Notes: a model not told the origin generated them from the sequence alone. A stretch of DNA of 47,349 nucleotides from an uncultured Thermococci archaeon (GCA_964615185.1 CAZTOS010000002.1:34305-81653); one strand, 5' to 3'. Counted from the first letter of the stretch, positions 9,336 through 19,754 are shown. Numbers and translations are program-made.

Positions 9336-10219
9336 CTTAGATCCCCCACGAGAAAGATATCCTCTATAGTTAGTTCTTCCCTTTTAAAAGGAAGCCCAAT
9401 CTCCTCTAATTTATTAATTACATCTCTTTCTTCCAATTTTGATTTAACATAAACAAGAGTGTTTTTCCCTGCTCTTTTTGTTATGTACCCATCCTTGATA
9501 AACTCTCCAAAGACAACTATCTTTGAGTGGAACTGGGAAAGATATTGCCGCCCAATTTTTTCTGGCTCACCAAAGGCAACTACTCTCCCTTTTTTAAGGA
9601 GAAGTACCTTGTCGCATATAGTAGAAATTTCATTTAAATAGTGGCTTGTTATCACTATAGTGGAATTTTTGCTTTTTTCTCTTAGTATTTCCCATAATTT
9701 CAGGCGATTTTCAACATCAAGCCCCACTGTAGGTTCATCAAGATAATAAATGTTAACATCAGCTGATAAAATCATAGCAAGCAGAGTTTTCCTAACCATA
9801 CCACCTGAAAGCGTTGACATTATCCTATTGGCATAATCAATGTTAAACTCCTCTATAGCCTGTTCAGCTCGAACCTTGGCTTCTTCTTTTGAAAACCCTC
9901 TCATCCTAAGGTAATGGTAAATATACTCGAAAGGTGTGAGGGTATAAAAATGAGCCTTTGCCTCTTGGGGTAAGAGTGCAAAGAGGTTTTTGATGTCACT
10001 TTTGCAGGAAGAAGGATTAATTTCACGGCCGTATAGAAATACCCTGCCACTATCCGGTTTAAGCAGGCAACTAAGAATTCGTACTAAAGTTGTTTTTCCT
10101 GCACCATTCGGTCCAATAATTCCAAGAATGCTCCCTTCTTGAACTGAAAAAGTTAAAGAATCAAGAGCTTTGGTTTTTCCGTAGCTCTTAGTGAGCTCTT
10201 CAACTGATATTGCCTCCAT
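9332..10219 (-). CDS. ABC exporter ATP-binding subunit (DrrA-like)
   Basis: GPNGAGKTT, LSGG, LDEPTVGLD, TSHYL, TIEDIFL. Confidence 0.93.
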   Translation of the reverse strand: MEAISVEELTKSYGKTKALDSLTFSVQEGSILGIIGPNGAGKTTLVRILSCLLKPDSGRVFLYGREINPSSCKSDIKNLFALLPQEAKAHFYTLTPFEYIYHYLRMRGFSKEEAKVRAEQAIEEFNIDYANRIMSTLSGGMVRKTLLAMILSADVNIYYLDEPTVGLDVENRLKLWEILREKSKNSTIVITSHYLNEISTICDKVLLLKKGRVVAFGEPEKIGRQYLSQFHSKIVVFGEFIKDGYITKRAGKNTLVYVKSKLEERDVINKLEEIGLPFKREELTIEDIFLVGDLR

Positions 10220-11612
10220 TGTTCTCCCTCAACTTGGAGGTGTATAATTGGTTTAATGGTGAATCTGGTATATCTCTCGTGCAGTACAGTTCCCGAGGTA
10301 TGGCTTTGCAGAACGTGTTGCAGTATCCTTTCTTATAAAGAATACATTGCCTGCACTCAGGATCAACTAGCTTGAATTTATCCTCTTCAGGATTATCAAT
10401 GCCAATTCTGAAGTATTCTGCAAGAGGGGATGCCAATATCTCCTTTAAAGATTTTTGAAAAATATTGCCTAATTTAAACCTTTCTTCCCTAAGAAAGACG
10501 CAGGGGTACACATCTCCATTGGTGTGTATTTGTATTTGAAAATTAACTGCACCGCATCTGGCAGTTGGTTTTGTAGGGGGTGGATCAAGAGGAGTCACGC
10601 CTGCCAAAGACTTCAACACAGTTACATTATTTGCCTGTTTTGATCCTTGAATTATTAAATGGTATGCCTCCACTAGTTCGTTAGGTGAGAGCCCTTCCGA
10701 TTTTATGAACTTTCCTCTACCAATAGGAATTAATGCTCCATAAACCCAGCTATCTGCTCCCAATGAATCAACGAGTTTAATGATATCAGGTAATTCATGT
10801 AGGTTTCTTTTACCTATGGTAGTGCCAACAACAATCATTGTCCTATGGTGGTTTTTGTCCCTAGCAAGGTTTTTGATTGTCCAGATTACTTTATCGTAAG
10901 TCCCATATCCACGATAAAATTCATGAGTTTCTCGCGTTGCACCGTCCAATGCAATCTGTATTTCGTCAACATAATTCTTAACAACAGATAATAATTTTTG
11001 ATTTTTATACAGAGGAGTTCCATTAGTGGCAAGTATTACATAGAATCCTCGATCTTGAGCTTCTTTTAATATTCTGTCAATCTCAGGATGGAGAAGGGGT
11101 TCTCCTCCAGTAATCCATAAAATTGGAATTTCAAGAGTTTCAAGTTCATTGAATACATGTAAAACCTGCTCAAAACTCATGTACAGATTTACGTGAGGTC
11201 CAGAGTAGGCATAACAGTAATTGCAGGTCAAATTACAGTGGGTTGTAATTTCTACTGCTGCTAAATGAGGAGCAGAGTAAGAGTATGGGTGTGCTTGGGG
11301 GTATGGAGAAAGGAATTCTGTAGTAAATCCCAGCAATTTGCTTAGGCGTTCATATAGTATGGCTTCGGCATTTTCTCGGCTCATTCCAAAATTATTTTGT
11401 ATCATTGAAACAATTTGTTCATAAGGTAGGTGCAACTTAGCAAGTTCAAGCAGTGCAATAGTTCCTAGATCTGTGTAGACTTCAAAGCCTTTTGTATCCT
11501 TTTTGCTACTAATCTTATGAAGTATCAACCCACGCCCATCCTCTTTTCTCCAGTAAAAAACCCTTGAGTCAACAAGCTCCTGAAGTTTAAGATACATATC
11601 TCTAACTTCCAT
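10200..11612 (-). CDS. Radical SAM/SPASM peptide maturase with N-terminal RRE (PqqD-like) domain
   Basis: CNLTCNYC, TGGEPLLH, SPASM C-x13-GDVYPC...CRQC..C..FC..C; about 100-aa N-terminal beta3-alpha3 extension; GGTGAGGGAG RBS before ATG 11612. Confidence 0.88.
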   Translation of the reverse strand: MEVRDMYLKLQELVDSRVFYWRKEDGRGLILHKISSKKDTKGFEVYTDLGTIALLELAKLHLPYEQIVSMIQNNFGMSRENAEAILYERLSKLLGFTTEFLSPYPQAHPYSYSAPHLAAVEITTHCNLTCNYCYAYSGPHVNLYMSFEQVLHVFNELETLEIPILWITGGEPLLHPEIDRILKEAQDRGFYVILATNGTPLYKNQKLLSVVKNYVDEIQIALDGATRETHEFYRGYGTYDKVIWTIKNLARDKNHHRTMIVVGTTIGKRNLHELPDIIKLVDSLGADSWVYGALIPIGRGKFIKSEGLSPNELVEAYHLIIQGSKQANNVTVLKSLAGVTPLDPPPTKPTARCGAVNFQIQIHTNGDVYPCVFLREERFKLGNIFQKSLKEILASPLAEYFRIGIDNPEEDKFKLVDPECRQCILYKKGYCNTFCKAIPRELYCTRDIPDSPLNQLYTSKLRENNGGNIS

Positions 11613-11661
11613 TTTTACTCCCTCACCAGACTCATACAAAAATAGCTTAGAAAAATAAAAG

Positions 11662-11808
11662 TCAAAATCCATAAATTTGCCATGCTCTTGAGTTGCACTG
11701 TCTACCAGCACATAATGGAGGAATTTGGGAGTAATTGAATTCTGGTTTAGTCTCAACTATATTTCTAATCAGTTCTAAAATCTCTACTTCTTGTTTAGCG
11801 TCGATCAT
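11662..11808 (-). CDS. Putative RiPP precursor peptide (48 aa)
   Basis: MIDAKQEVEILELIRNIVETKPEFNYSQIPPLCAGRQCNSRAWQIYGF*; GGTGGTTGAT before the ATG, TTTATAAA about 30 nt upstream, T-tracts after the stop; first gene of the rSAM-ABC operon. Confidence 0.72.
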   Translation of the reverse strand: MIDAKQEVEILELIRNIVETKPEFNYSQIPPLCAGRQCNSRAWQIYGF

Positions 11809-11835
11809 ATCAACCACCATTAGTATTTTTTTAGG

Positions 11836-11852
11836 ATTTATAAATTTTTTGA
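11836..11852 (-). promoter_or_regulatory. BRE/TATA promoter of the precursor-rSAM-ABC operon
   Basis: CAAAAAATTTATAAA on the minus strand, about 30 nt upstream of ATG 11808. Confidence 0.65.
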
Positions 11853-11934
11853 TCCTTACCATGAACTTAAACCTATCACTCTACAGCTTAGGAGTACCCA
11901 AAGTGAAGCGGAGAGCTTTTAAGGCTTTTCAACG

Positions 11935-11951
11935 TTGGATTAATTAGCCGG
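11935..11951. promoter_or_regulatory. Putative cobamide-regulon operator, copy 3 (cobS promoter)
   Basis: TTGGATTAATTAGCCGG downstream of TTTTAAG (11917-11923), abutting the RBS. Confidence 0.5.
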
Positions 11952-11959
11952 GTGGTTCA

Positions 11960-12655
11960 ATGAGAAACCTCATACCCTTCATGACAAGAATCCCATTACA
12001 TGGAGACTTTGAAAAAGCAAGGCAGGAAATTTGGGCATTTCCCATGCTGGCAGTCATCACCTCTGCTTTATCTACAATTGCCCTTTATTTCAACATTCCT
12101 CTGAAAAATGTGCTTGCCCTTCTGCTCCTTTATTTCACCATAGGTCTACTCCACCTTGACGGATTAGCGGACTGGGCTGATGGAATAATGGTCAAAGGCG
12201 ACCGTGAAAGGAAGATCAAGGCAATGAAAGACTTGAACACCGGCATAGCGGGAATTTTTGCTGTCGTAATGGTTCTATTCATCCAAGTCTACTCTTTGAG
12301 CTACGCCCCGTTCTATGCCCTTTTTCTGGCAGAGCTTAACTCGAAGTATGCGATGGTTCTTGCACTGGCAACAAAAAAGCCTCTCGGAAAAGCATTGGGA
12401 GCCTACTTTATGGAGACCATGAACAGAAAGCAGCTTTTTATTGGAAGTTTAATTTACACAGCATTGCTTCTTTCGCTGGTAGCTTATGACCAAAAAGCAG
12501 TGTTCTCAGTTTTGGGTCTTTTAATTGGGGCTTACATCATAAAGCTCAGCCTGGATAATTTTGGAGGGATTAACGGCGACTGCATTGGAGCAACAGCTGA
12601 AATAACAAGGACCGGAACACTTTTGATCTTGGCTTTCGTTTGGTGGTATCTATGA
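11960..12655 (+). CDS. cobS: Adenosylcobinamide-GDP ribazoletransferase (cobalamin synthase)
   Basis: [35 protein letters not shown]. Confidence 0.95.
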   Translation: MRNLIPFMTRIPLHGDFEKARQEIWAFPMLAVITSALSTIALYFNIPLKNVLALLLLYFTIGLLHLDGLADWADGIMVKGDRERKIKAMKDLNTGIAGIFAVVMVLFIQVYSLSYAPFYALFLAELNSKYAMVLALATKKPLGKALGAYFMETMNRKQLFIGSLIYTALLLSLVAYDQKAVFSVLGLLIGAYIIKLSLDNFGGINGDCIGATAEITRTGTLLILAFVWWYL

Positions 12656-13227
12656 TAATCATCTTAGCAGGTGGAAAATCTACAAGAATGGGAAAGGAAA
12701 AGCCTGTCCTCAAGATAGCCAATAAACCCATGCTTCTCTGGGTTTATGAGCAGGCCTCAAAGATAGATGACGTTTTAGTCGCAGTGAGCAGAAATACTCC
12801 AAAAACTAAGGAGTTCTGCATTAAAGAGGGAATTCCTTTTGTTGAAACTTCTGGAAAAGGTTACGTGCATGACATTCAAGAGCTTTTACGAGAATTTGGA
12901 CCGTTTATAAGCATCTCTGCAGATGTTCCTTTTGTGAAAGCAAGTGATTTCTGGCTCATCAAGAAAGCCTTTGATGGAAAGACGAGCTTAACAGGGGTTC
13001 TTTCCCTAAGCATTGTCCCAAAAGACCTCAATCCTGTAGTTTATAAGGGGTATGCAATCGTCGGGCTAAATGCCGTGGCTGAAGGAGGGGAAGAGTTCTT
13101 CGAGCTTACAAACCCGCTACTGGCTTTGAATGTGAACACCCCAGAAGAGCTGGAAAGAGCAGAACGGATAGCATCACTGTTTTTCTCCTTCAAAGAGAGG
13201 TATCAACAGCAGAACAGCTATCGCTGA
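12652..13227 (+). CDS. cobY: Adenosylcobinamide-phosphate guanylyltransferase
   Basis: [28 protein letters not shown]; coupled to cobS. Confidence 0.88.
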   Translation: MIIILAGGKSTRMGKEKPVLKIANKPMLLWVYEQASKIDDVLVAVSRNTPKTKEFCIKEGIPFVETSGKGYVHDIQELLREFGPFISISADVPFVKASDFWLIKKAFDGKTSLTGVLSLSIVPKDLNPVVYKGYAIVGLNAVAEGGEEFFELTNPLLALNVNTPEELERAERIASLFFSFKERYQQQNSYR

Positions 13228-13980
13228 CACAATCATTTGGATTATAAGCTGCGGATTTGGCAGTGAGAGGCTTTTGGGGAATACATAAAGGCTAACCATA
13301 TATTCCCCCGGAGGAATGCTTTCTGGATTGAACCCCTCATCACAGGAGCTGATAGTGGCATTGTACCTCGAAAGTGCATCTTTAACGAGATACCTCTTAT
13401 CCTGAGGTATTTTTTCCAATAGTCTCTTCGTCTTTTCTATAACCTCCAACTCCTCCTTGGTGAGCTGTTTATGGCAGTTGTATCCATATGAATCAAGACC
13501 GCATTCTTTAGAGAGCAGAAACCTTTGAGGGTTCCCATCCACGAACATCACATGAAGCCACATGCCCTTTAACGAATGTTCAATTCCAATAACATTTGAT
13601 GAATTGACTGTAGCCAGTAGATTTTCTATTTCATAGGGTTTGCTAACATAGCATGAGAGTCCAACGCTTCCATTCAGGCTTTTATAAGATGCCCAATTAA
13701 AGGATTTTTCAGGCATCTCTGTTATGTAGTCAATGGTTTTCTCGTGCATGTTCAGAGCCTTTTCGTACATGGCGAATTGATACGCCGGAACCGTCAGGAA
13801 AAGAAAGGATATAAGGAACACCGCCCTTATTTTTCTGTCCCTCTCAAGGAGTGCAAGGAGGATCAAGGCAAATTCAGCGAGCAGGATAACCGTCAGGTCT
13901 GAGGATAAATCCGGATATTCCGTGCCGTGTGGCTGTATGAGCTCGATTTCATAAAATTCAAGCCCTTTATGGGTGAGCAT
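13174..13980 (-). CDS. Hypothetical membrane protein (possibly the C-terminal part of a frameshifted gene)
   Basis: Two N-terminal TMs, a soluble domain and a C-terminal TM; overlaps the upstream ORF just after an A7 run. Confidence 0.6.
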   Translation of the reverse strand: MLTHKGLEFYEIELIQPHGTEYPDLSSDLTVILLAEFALILLALLERDRKIRAVFLISFLFLTVPAYQFAMYEKALNMHEKTIDYITEMPEKSFNWASYKSLNGSVGLSCYVSKPYEIENLLATVNSSNVIGIEHSLKGMWLHVMFVDGNPQRFLLSKECGLDSYGYNCHKQLTKEELEVIEKTKRLLEKIPQDKRYLVKDALSRYNATISSCDEGFNPESIPPGEYMVSLYVFPKSLSLPNPQLIIQMIVSAIAVLLLIPLFEGEKQ

Positions 13981-14485
13981 GAATTTTTTTCGCCCGTTCC
14001 ATTCTCCCCATATCCTCGCTCCGCGCTCTAAGTCTGTCCAGCAGGTAGTCTCTGATGGGCTCTGGAAAGCTGTAATTTGTTAGAAGAAAGTTTAAATCGC
14101 CATACTCTTTCTCAAGCCTTTGAGGAGTCCAGTAGTCACCTGCCGGGAGTTGGGTTACATCAGAATAATCGGCAAGCTCTAATATCTTTGTGAGAATCTC
14201 CCTCTTCATGAGAACGTCCGCATGCGTGCCATCGGAGGTTATCACAACTGAATTGTTCCGTATAAATGAGGCAAATTTTTCGGCATTTTCTCTGTTCTCA
14301 AAGAGAACCAGAACCCTTGATGCGTTTGTGAAATATCTGACATAGAAAAGGCTGGGGGTTTCATTTGGAAAGGTTAGGGGAGTTATATATTCTGGAGAAG
14401 GTTGTAGTTCGGAATGCACATGAAAAGCTGTAAGCGAAAGGGCAATCATGAGGATTACGGTTGGTATAACCGCAGCTTTCTTCAT
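13967..14485 (-). CDS. Hypothetical secreted/membrane protein (possibly the N-terminal part of a frameshifted gene)
   Basis: MKK + hydrophobic signal peptide; TTTTAAG about 25 nt upstream. Confidence 0.6.
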   Translation of the reverse strand: MKKAAVIPTVILMIALSLTAFHVHSELQPSPEYITPLTFPNETPSLFYVRYFTNASRVLVLFENRENAEKFASFIRNNSVVITSDGTHADVLMKREILTKILELADYSDVTQLPAGDYWTPQRLEKEYGDLNFLLTNYSFPEPIRDYLLDRLRARSEDMGRMERAKKIHAHP

Positions 14486-14565
14486 GTTTGCATGTTAAAT
14501 GTTTGAGCTTAAAAATATTTCCCACTCTGATTAGTGCTGTCTTTCCATTGATGAAAGGTTCCACA

Positions 14566-15912
14566 TCACCGCAAGCCGGATTTTCTTCTCCTCGCCACTC
14601 TGACCTCGCTTGTCCCTGCTGAAACAAGCTCATACAATATAGCCCTTTCCTTACCGGGAGCGGGTCTCAAAATCCTACCGAGCCTCTGAATGAACTCCCT
14701 TGATGAACCTGTCCCGCTTATTATAACCCCAACGCTGGCATCAGGAACATCTATACCTTCATCAAGAACTTGACTGCTGACTATCGCTTTGTATTCACCG
14801 TCTCTGAATTTTTTCAATATCTCCCTTCTTTCGGCTTTATCGGTTTTGTGAGTTATAGCCGGGATTAGGAATTTCTTTGATATTGCATAGACTAAATCGT
14901 TGTGCCTTGTAAAGATAATTATCTTCTCCCCTCTGTGCTTTTCAAGAATCATTCTCAGCTTTTCAATCTTTTTCTTTGAGTTGAACGCTATTCTTCTTGC
15001 CTGTTCTAAAGCTCTTAAAGCCTTGAATGCATTCTCATCGCTTCCCGTTCTCATGACTATCCTTTGAAAATCCTCAAGGCTTCTGAACCTTATCTTCCTG
15101 CTTTCGATGTAACTCCTGAATACCTCATAGTGTCTTTTGTAAAGCTCTTTTTCCTCCTTGCTCAGGGGAACGTGAATCTTTACAACTTCATATGGGGCTA
15201 AAAATTTGCCCACAAGCTCCTCTGGACTTTTTTCATATATTATTCCCCCGATAAGATCTGGCAGAAGTTCATGAAGTTCATCAGCTCTTTCGGGAGAAGC
15301 AGTTAAGCCAAGACGATAAGGAGCGGCACTCATCTGGGCTATGTTCCTGTAAGCCTCGCTTGGCAGATGATGACACTCGTCAAAAATCAGAAGAAAGAAC
15401 TTGTCTCCCAAGAGCTCGGCGTTTATGTACGCAGAATCGTAGGTTGTGACAGTTATCGGCTTAAGCTCCTTCTTCTTTCCAGAAAACTCTCCAACTTCAC
15501 CAAAGATTGAAAGCCTGTCCTTCCACTGTTCAAGCAGAGCCAACGTAGGGACAACAACAAGTGTTGATACGGAAAGCCTCCTGATAATCTCCAAGGCGAT
15601 TATGGTTTTTCCAGCTCCAGTTGGCAGAACTACAACACCTCTCTTAAACCTCAAAAACCTTTCAACGGCTTCCTTTTGGTAGTCCCTCAACTCAAAATCA
15701 AACTCCACATCGTAAAAGGGGGAGGGAATTGCATTATCAAATACATGATCCTCGAACTCAATGCCTTCCTGCTCTAAGAATTCCACTATGTCCCTGTATT
15801 TATAAGCCAGAGCTCTGTAACTTTTACTCCTCTCATCCCATTTTGCAAATGGCACATGCACGTTGCCCTTTATAACAATCGTTCCTCTGTGGTAAAAGAG
15901 CCTTACTTTCAT
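14566..15912 (-). CDS. xpb: XPB/Rad25 SF2 helicase
   Basis: [41 protein letters not shown]. Confidence 0.92.
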   Translation of the reverse strand: MKVRLFYHRGTIVIKGNVHVPFAKWDERSKSYRALAYKYRDIVEFLEQEGIEFEDHVFDNAIPSPFYDVEFDFELRDYQKEAVERFLRFKRGVVVLPTGAGKTIIALEIIRRLSVSTLVVVPTLALLEQWKDRLSIFGEVGEFSGKKKELKPITVTTYDSAYINAELLGDKFFLLIFDECHHLPSEAYRNIAQMSAAPYRLGLTASPERADELHELLPDLIGGIIYEKSPEELVGKFLAPYEVVKIHVPLSKEEKELYKRHYEVFRSYIESRKIRFRSLEDFQRIVMRTGSDENAFKALRALEQARRIAFNSKKKIEKLRMILEKHRGEKIIIFTRHNDLVYAISKKFLIPAITHKTDKAERREILKKFRDGEYKAIVSSQVLDEGIDVPDASVGVIISGTGSSREFIQRLGRILRPAPGKERAILYELVSAGTSEVRVARRRKSGLR

Positions 15913-15963
15913 AATATTCAGTTCATCAGCAACTCATTTAAACTTTCCTTTCCAACTTTTTCC

Positions 15964-17097
15964 ATGCTTCCGAAGGAACTGCTTGACGCACGCAAGGTAA
16001 AAGGAAAGATTTATCTAAAATTTGCAAGTGAGGAGCACTTGAAATTAGCTAAAGCGATAATAGCAACATTTAAGTCTAACATTGGAAAGAGCTATGGGCA
16101 ACTTCTGGAAAAAATAAGCCATATGGAGAAGGCGAGCAACTACAAAAAGGTCAGAGGATTTGCAAGGATAATTGAAAGACAGAGTGAATTTGAGATTCTA
16201 ACAAGGCTCAACCCCGTTGAAGTCAGAAGATTCCTATTCGAAAGGGGCTATGTTACAAATGATTTTGAGAGGCTTAGAGTTCTGCAGGAGGCGTCGGAGC
16301 ACTTTGGTGTTTCCACTTCCGAAATAGAGAATGCAATATTTGCCGATAGGGATGAGGAGAGAATCCTCGTGAAGATTCCCGAAATAACACCAGAGGAGCT
16401 TATACGGCAGTATAATCTATCACTTCTGCAGACGCTCATGTTTTCCTCCTTAAGAATTAACTTTAGAGTCTCATCTAACCATCAAAGGATTTTCAGGAAG
16501 ATAAAGCACCTCGGGCTGATGTATCAGATTCAGGACGAGCTCGTTGAAATCACAGGACCGGCTTCTATACTCAAGCTAACCCGAAAGTATGGCGTTTCCA
16601 TGGCGAAGCTCATTCCCGAAATTGTGAAAGCTGAGGATTGGTTTATAAGAGCAGAGATACTTGACGAGCACTCAAAGCGAATCCACATCTTTGAGCTCTC
16701 AAGCTCCGATGGGGTGATGCTACCGGCAATTGAGGAGCGCATTGAATATGATTCTTCACTCGAGAGACAGTTTGCGGCAAAGATAAAGTTCCTCCTTGGA
16801 GCTGAGGTCATCAGAGAGCCCGGCATATTGAAAGCTGGGGATTATGCATACATTCCGGATTTTCTTGTGAGGAAAAATGGCAAAGAGGTTTACGTTGAAA
16901 TTGCCGGCTTCTGGACCGAGGAATATTTGAAAACAAAGATGGAAAAGCTTTCCCAACTTAAAGTACCAATGCTTGTCATAGCAAATGATGAACTGTTTGC
17001 GGGCAAGCTCAAGAGAATTCATAACGTCATGCTGATGAAAAAGGGCAAGATTCCATACAAAGACATTATGAGGAAGCTTAAGGAGATGCTCAGATAA
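15964..17097 (+). CDS. bax1: Bax1 nuclease (DUF790)
   Basis: [37 protein letters not shown]...VEIAGFWT; adjacent to xpb. Confidence 0.9.
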   Translation: MLPKELLDARKVKGKIYLKFASEEHLKLAKAIIATFKSNIGKSYGQLLEKISHMEKASNYKKVRGFARIIERQSEFEILTRLNPVEVRRFLFERGYVTNDFERLRVLQEASEHFGVSTSEIENAIFADRDEERILVKIPEITPEELIRQYNLSLLQTLMFSSLRINFRVSSNHQRIFRKIKHLGLMYQIQDELVEITGPASILKLTRKYGVSMAKLIPEIVKAEDWFIRAEILDEHSKRIHIFELSSSDGVMLPAIEERIEYDSSLERQFAAKIKFLLGAEVIREPGILKAGDYAYIPDFLVRKNGKEVYVEIAGFWTEEYLKTKMEKLSQLKVPMLVIANDELFAGKLKRIHNVMLMKKGKIPYKDIMRKLKEMLR

Positions 17098-18538
17098 GAC
17101 TCTGCAGGATATAGTCAACATCAATATTCTCTGCAACGATTTTTGAAAATCTCTCGATTTCCTCTTCAATACTCCACTTCTGCACTGTTATTGGTTCAAG
17201 ACCTTTCTCTAAGCGAAGCATGTTCAAAAACTGCTCCGTAAATTCAAAGTTGTGGAATATTCCATGAAGGTAAGTGCCAAAAACTCTTTCACCAACTGCC
17301 CCTTCTGGTTCAAACGCCTTAGTTCCATTTATTTCACGTATTATTGAGAATGGCTTTTTTGATACAGAGCGCCCCATCCTAATCTCATAACCTTCAATGT
17401 TTAAGCCCCTTACCGGCTCCCATAGGATTTCGGCCTTCAAATGGTTTGTTCTCTTGGTCTCAGCAAACACCGTTTTAGCTTTCAGCAAACCAATGCCCCT
17501 AATCTCACCACGCTTTGATTCTATGTTGTCAATGATCTTTTCCCCTAACATCTGAAAACCGCCGCAGATTCCTACAACGAATGCCCCCTCTCTATGTGCC
17601 TGGATTATTGAATCTTCGATGCCGTTTTCCCTCATCCAAAATAAATCCTCCACCGTGTTTTTGCTTCCGGGAATTATTATTAAATCACCCTTGATCTCCT
17701 CTGCTTTTGTGACATAATCAACGCCATTTGCCCAGTGAAGCGGCTCAAAATCTGTGAAGTTGCTTATGTGCGGAAGCTTAACAATCTGGATATGCAAATC
17801 ACCTTTGACTTTTGGAAATTCAACGAGAGAGTCTTCCTCTGGAATTTTGTGCTCCATATGGGGTATCACGCCCAAAACTTTCTTGCCGTATTTTTTCTCA
17901 AGATAGTCAAAACCTGGTTTTAAAAGGGAGGCATCTCCTCTAAACTTGTTGAATACAAAGCCCATAACCAGTTCTTGCTCTTCTTCACTTAAAAGCTCCA
18001 TTGTGCCAACTATAGAGGCAAAACTACCGCCTCGATCTATGTCCGTAACGAGAATGACTTTGGCATTTGCATGTTTTGCAACCCGCATATTTGCAATATC
18101 ATAATCCTTAAGGTTTATCTCCACCGGAGAGCCAGCACCTTCAATCACGACTATGTCATGCTTTTCCAAAAGCTCATCTAAAATCTGCATGGCTTTTCTA
18201 AAAAGCTCTTCCTTCTTTGAGAGCATATATTCACGAGCAGAGACACTTCCAATGGGTTTGCCCATGAAGACAACTTGACTTCTCATGTTTCCTTCTGGCT
18301 TGAGCAAAATTGGGTTAAACTTTACTGAGGGCTTCTTCCTGCATGCTAAAGCCTGTAAATACTGTGCCCTGCTGATCTCTCCGCCTTCTATACTTGGAGC
18401 AGAGTTTAGGCTCATGTTTTGGCTTTTAAATGGAACCACATCATAGCCAAGATTTGAGAAAATTCTGCACAGAGCTAATGCTAAGAGGGATTTTCCAGCT
18501 CCAGATGAAGTACCCTGAATCATGAGGGCTTTTCCCAT
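17090..18538 (-). CDS. cbiP: Cobyric acid synthase
   Basis: [65 protein letters not shown]. Confidence 0.95.
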   Translation of the reverse strand: MGKALMIQGTSSGAGKSLLALALCRIFSNLGYDVVPFKSQNMSLNSAPSIEGGEISRAQYLQALACRKKPSVKFNPILLKPEGNMRSQVVFMGKPIGSVSAREYMLSKKEELFRKAMQILDELLEKHDIVVIEGAGSPVEINLKDYDIANMRVAKHANAKVILVTDIDRGGSFASIVGTMELLSEEEQELVMGFVFNKFRGDASLLKPGFDYLEKKYGKKVLGVIPHMEHKIPEEDSLVEFPKVKGDLHIQIVKLPHISNFTDFEPLHWANGVDYVTKAEEIKGDLIIIPGSKNTVEDLFWMRENGIEDSIIQAHREGAFVVGICGGFQMLGEKIIDNIESKRGEIRGIGLLKAKTVFAETKRTNHLKAEILWEPVRGLNIEGYEIRMGRSVSKKPFSIIREINGTKAFEPEGAVGERVFGTYLHGIFHNFEFTEQFLNMLRLEKGLEPITVQKWSIEEEIERFSKIVAENIDVDYILQSLI

Positions 18539-18611
18539 TCGAGTCTCCTCCAAATGTCGTAATGAAACGGAGGCATCACAATACTCACAAAAATTAAGAA
18601 GAAAATAAAAA

Positions 18612-19670
18612 TCATCCAGTAGCTTCAGCTTTACAAGCAAACGGCATGAATTGAATATTGAAGGATTCTGGGTGGAGATACTTAGCCAATGCTTCAATAC
18701 CATAGACAATTCTTGGACCAGGACGTGAGAGCATATTGTCCTCTTCTTGAGTTAAAACATAAACCCTTCCATTTTTCACTGCATTTATTTTCTCTAATGG
18801 TGTTCCACAGATTGTGTTTGGATCAGCATAACCACCCATTGAAGACATTATTATAACATCTGGATTTCTTGCGAGTATATCCTCTATGCTGACCTCCTTC
18901 CAACCTTGCACGTCATGGAATGTATTCTCTCCTCCAGCTAAGCTTATTGCCTCATCCATAAAAGTTCCACTTCCAGCAGTCCAGATACCGGATTGACCGG
19001 GGCTTAAGTAGATGAACACCTTAACTTTGGGCCTGTCTTTTACTCTGTTCTGAACCTCCGATACCTTTGCTTTCATGAATTCAACAACTGCTTTTGCTTC
19101 ACTTTCCCTGTTTACAATTTTTCCAATGAGCTCAATTTTCCTATATATGTCATCAATGCTCGTTGGGTTTACTATGACGACTGGAGCAATCTCTTCAAGT
19201 TTATCGAGGATTGACAAACTCATGCTGTCTGCCAAGATTAAGTCGGGCTTGAGGGATGCTATTATCTCTATGTTGGCATACTTTCCATAGCCTCCAACCT
19301 TTGTAATTTTCTCAACCTGTGGTGGATAATCTGCCCACTGAGTTACTCCGACTAACTTATCCCCGGCACCTATGAAAAACAGTGTTTCAGTAATGCTTGG
19401 TGCCAGCGATACAATTCTCTGGGGTTCTTTTTCGATTGTGACTTTTCGTCCGTTGTCATCGGTTATGGTGAGGGGATACTTCTTTGGAGTTACAGTTATT
19501 GTAACGGTCTCAGTTACAGTCTTTGCCGCAGTCTCAGTCTTTGTATAGGTCTCGGTTTTTGTGACTTCTTTTGTTACTGTCGAGGCAGTAGGTGTTTGCT
19601 GTCCAATACAGCCTGCTATTATCACCCCAAACATCAAAATTGTCAAAATCAGGGCAACTTTTCTTTTCAT
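18612..19670 (-). CDS. btuF: Cobalamin/corrinoid ABC transporter substrate-binding lipoprotein
   Basis: Lipobox IAGC, Thr-rich linker, [20 protein letters not shown]; cob cluster context. Confidence 0.8.
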   Translation of the reverse strand: MKRKVALILTILMFGVIIAGCIGQQTPTASTVTKEVTKTETYTKTETAAKTVTETVTITVTPKKYPLTITDDNGRKVTIEKEPQRIVSLAPSITETLFFIGAGDKLVGVTQWADYPPQVEKITKVGGYGKYANIEIIASLKPDLILADSMSLSILDKLEEIAPVVIVNPTSIDDIYRKIELIGKIVNRESEAKAVVEFMKAKVSEVQNRVKDRPKVKVFIYLSPGQSGIWTAGSGTFMDEAISLAGGENTFHDVQGWKEVSIEDILARNPDVIIMSSMGGYADPNTICGTPLEKINAVKNGRVYVLTQEEDNMLSRPGPRIVYGIEALAKYLHPESFNIQFMPFACKAEATG

Positions 19671-19682
19671 AACCTTCACCTT

Positions 19683-19699
19683 TTGGATTATTTGTCCAA
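19683..19699. promoter_or_regulatory. Putative cobamide-regulon operator, copy 4 (btuF-cbiP side)
   Basis: TTGGA-TTATTTG-TCCAA with perfect 5-bp arms. Confidence 0.65.
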
Positions 19700-19737
19700 C
19701 CTTCAGCAAAAATATGAACGAAGGGTATATAAGTTTG

Positions 19738-19754
19738 TTGGATAAAATTGCCAG
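19738..19754. promoter_or_regulatory. Putative cobamide-regulon operator, copy 5 (cobT side)
   Basis: TTGGATAAAATTGCCAG just downstream of TATATAA (19726-19732). Confidence 0.55.

Noticed and set aside
11613..11756. 48-aa N-terminal extension of the rSAM ORF in the track
   Set aside because: Overlaps the precursor gene; a strong RBS precedes ATG 11612
11809..11862. Longer 66-aa version of the precursor
   Set aside because: The extension runs through the TATA box; ATG 11808 fits promoter and RBS spacing better
7794..11900. RiPP cluster as an IS6 composite transposon
   Set aside because: Only one IS copy, and its own target duplication flanks it directly, so it inserted independently
18539..18709. 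N-terminal extensions given by the track for cbiP (similarly bax1, cbiZ, ribK and the PaaK-like gene)
   Set aside because: They overlap neighbouring genes or promoters; family-typical starts lie downstream
19490..19590. Repetitive Thr/Glu/Lys codons in btuF
   Set aside because: Ordinary Thr-rich linker of Thermococcales lipoproteins
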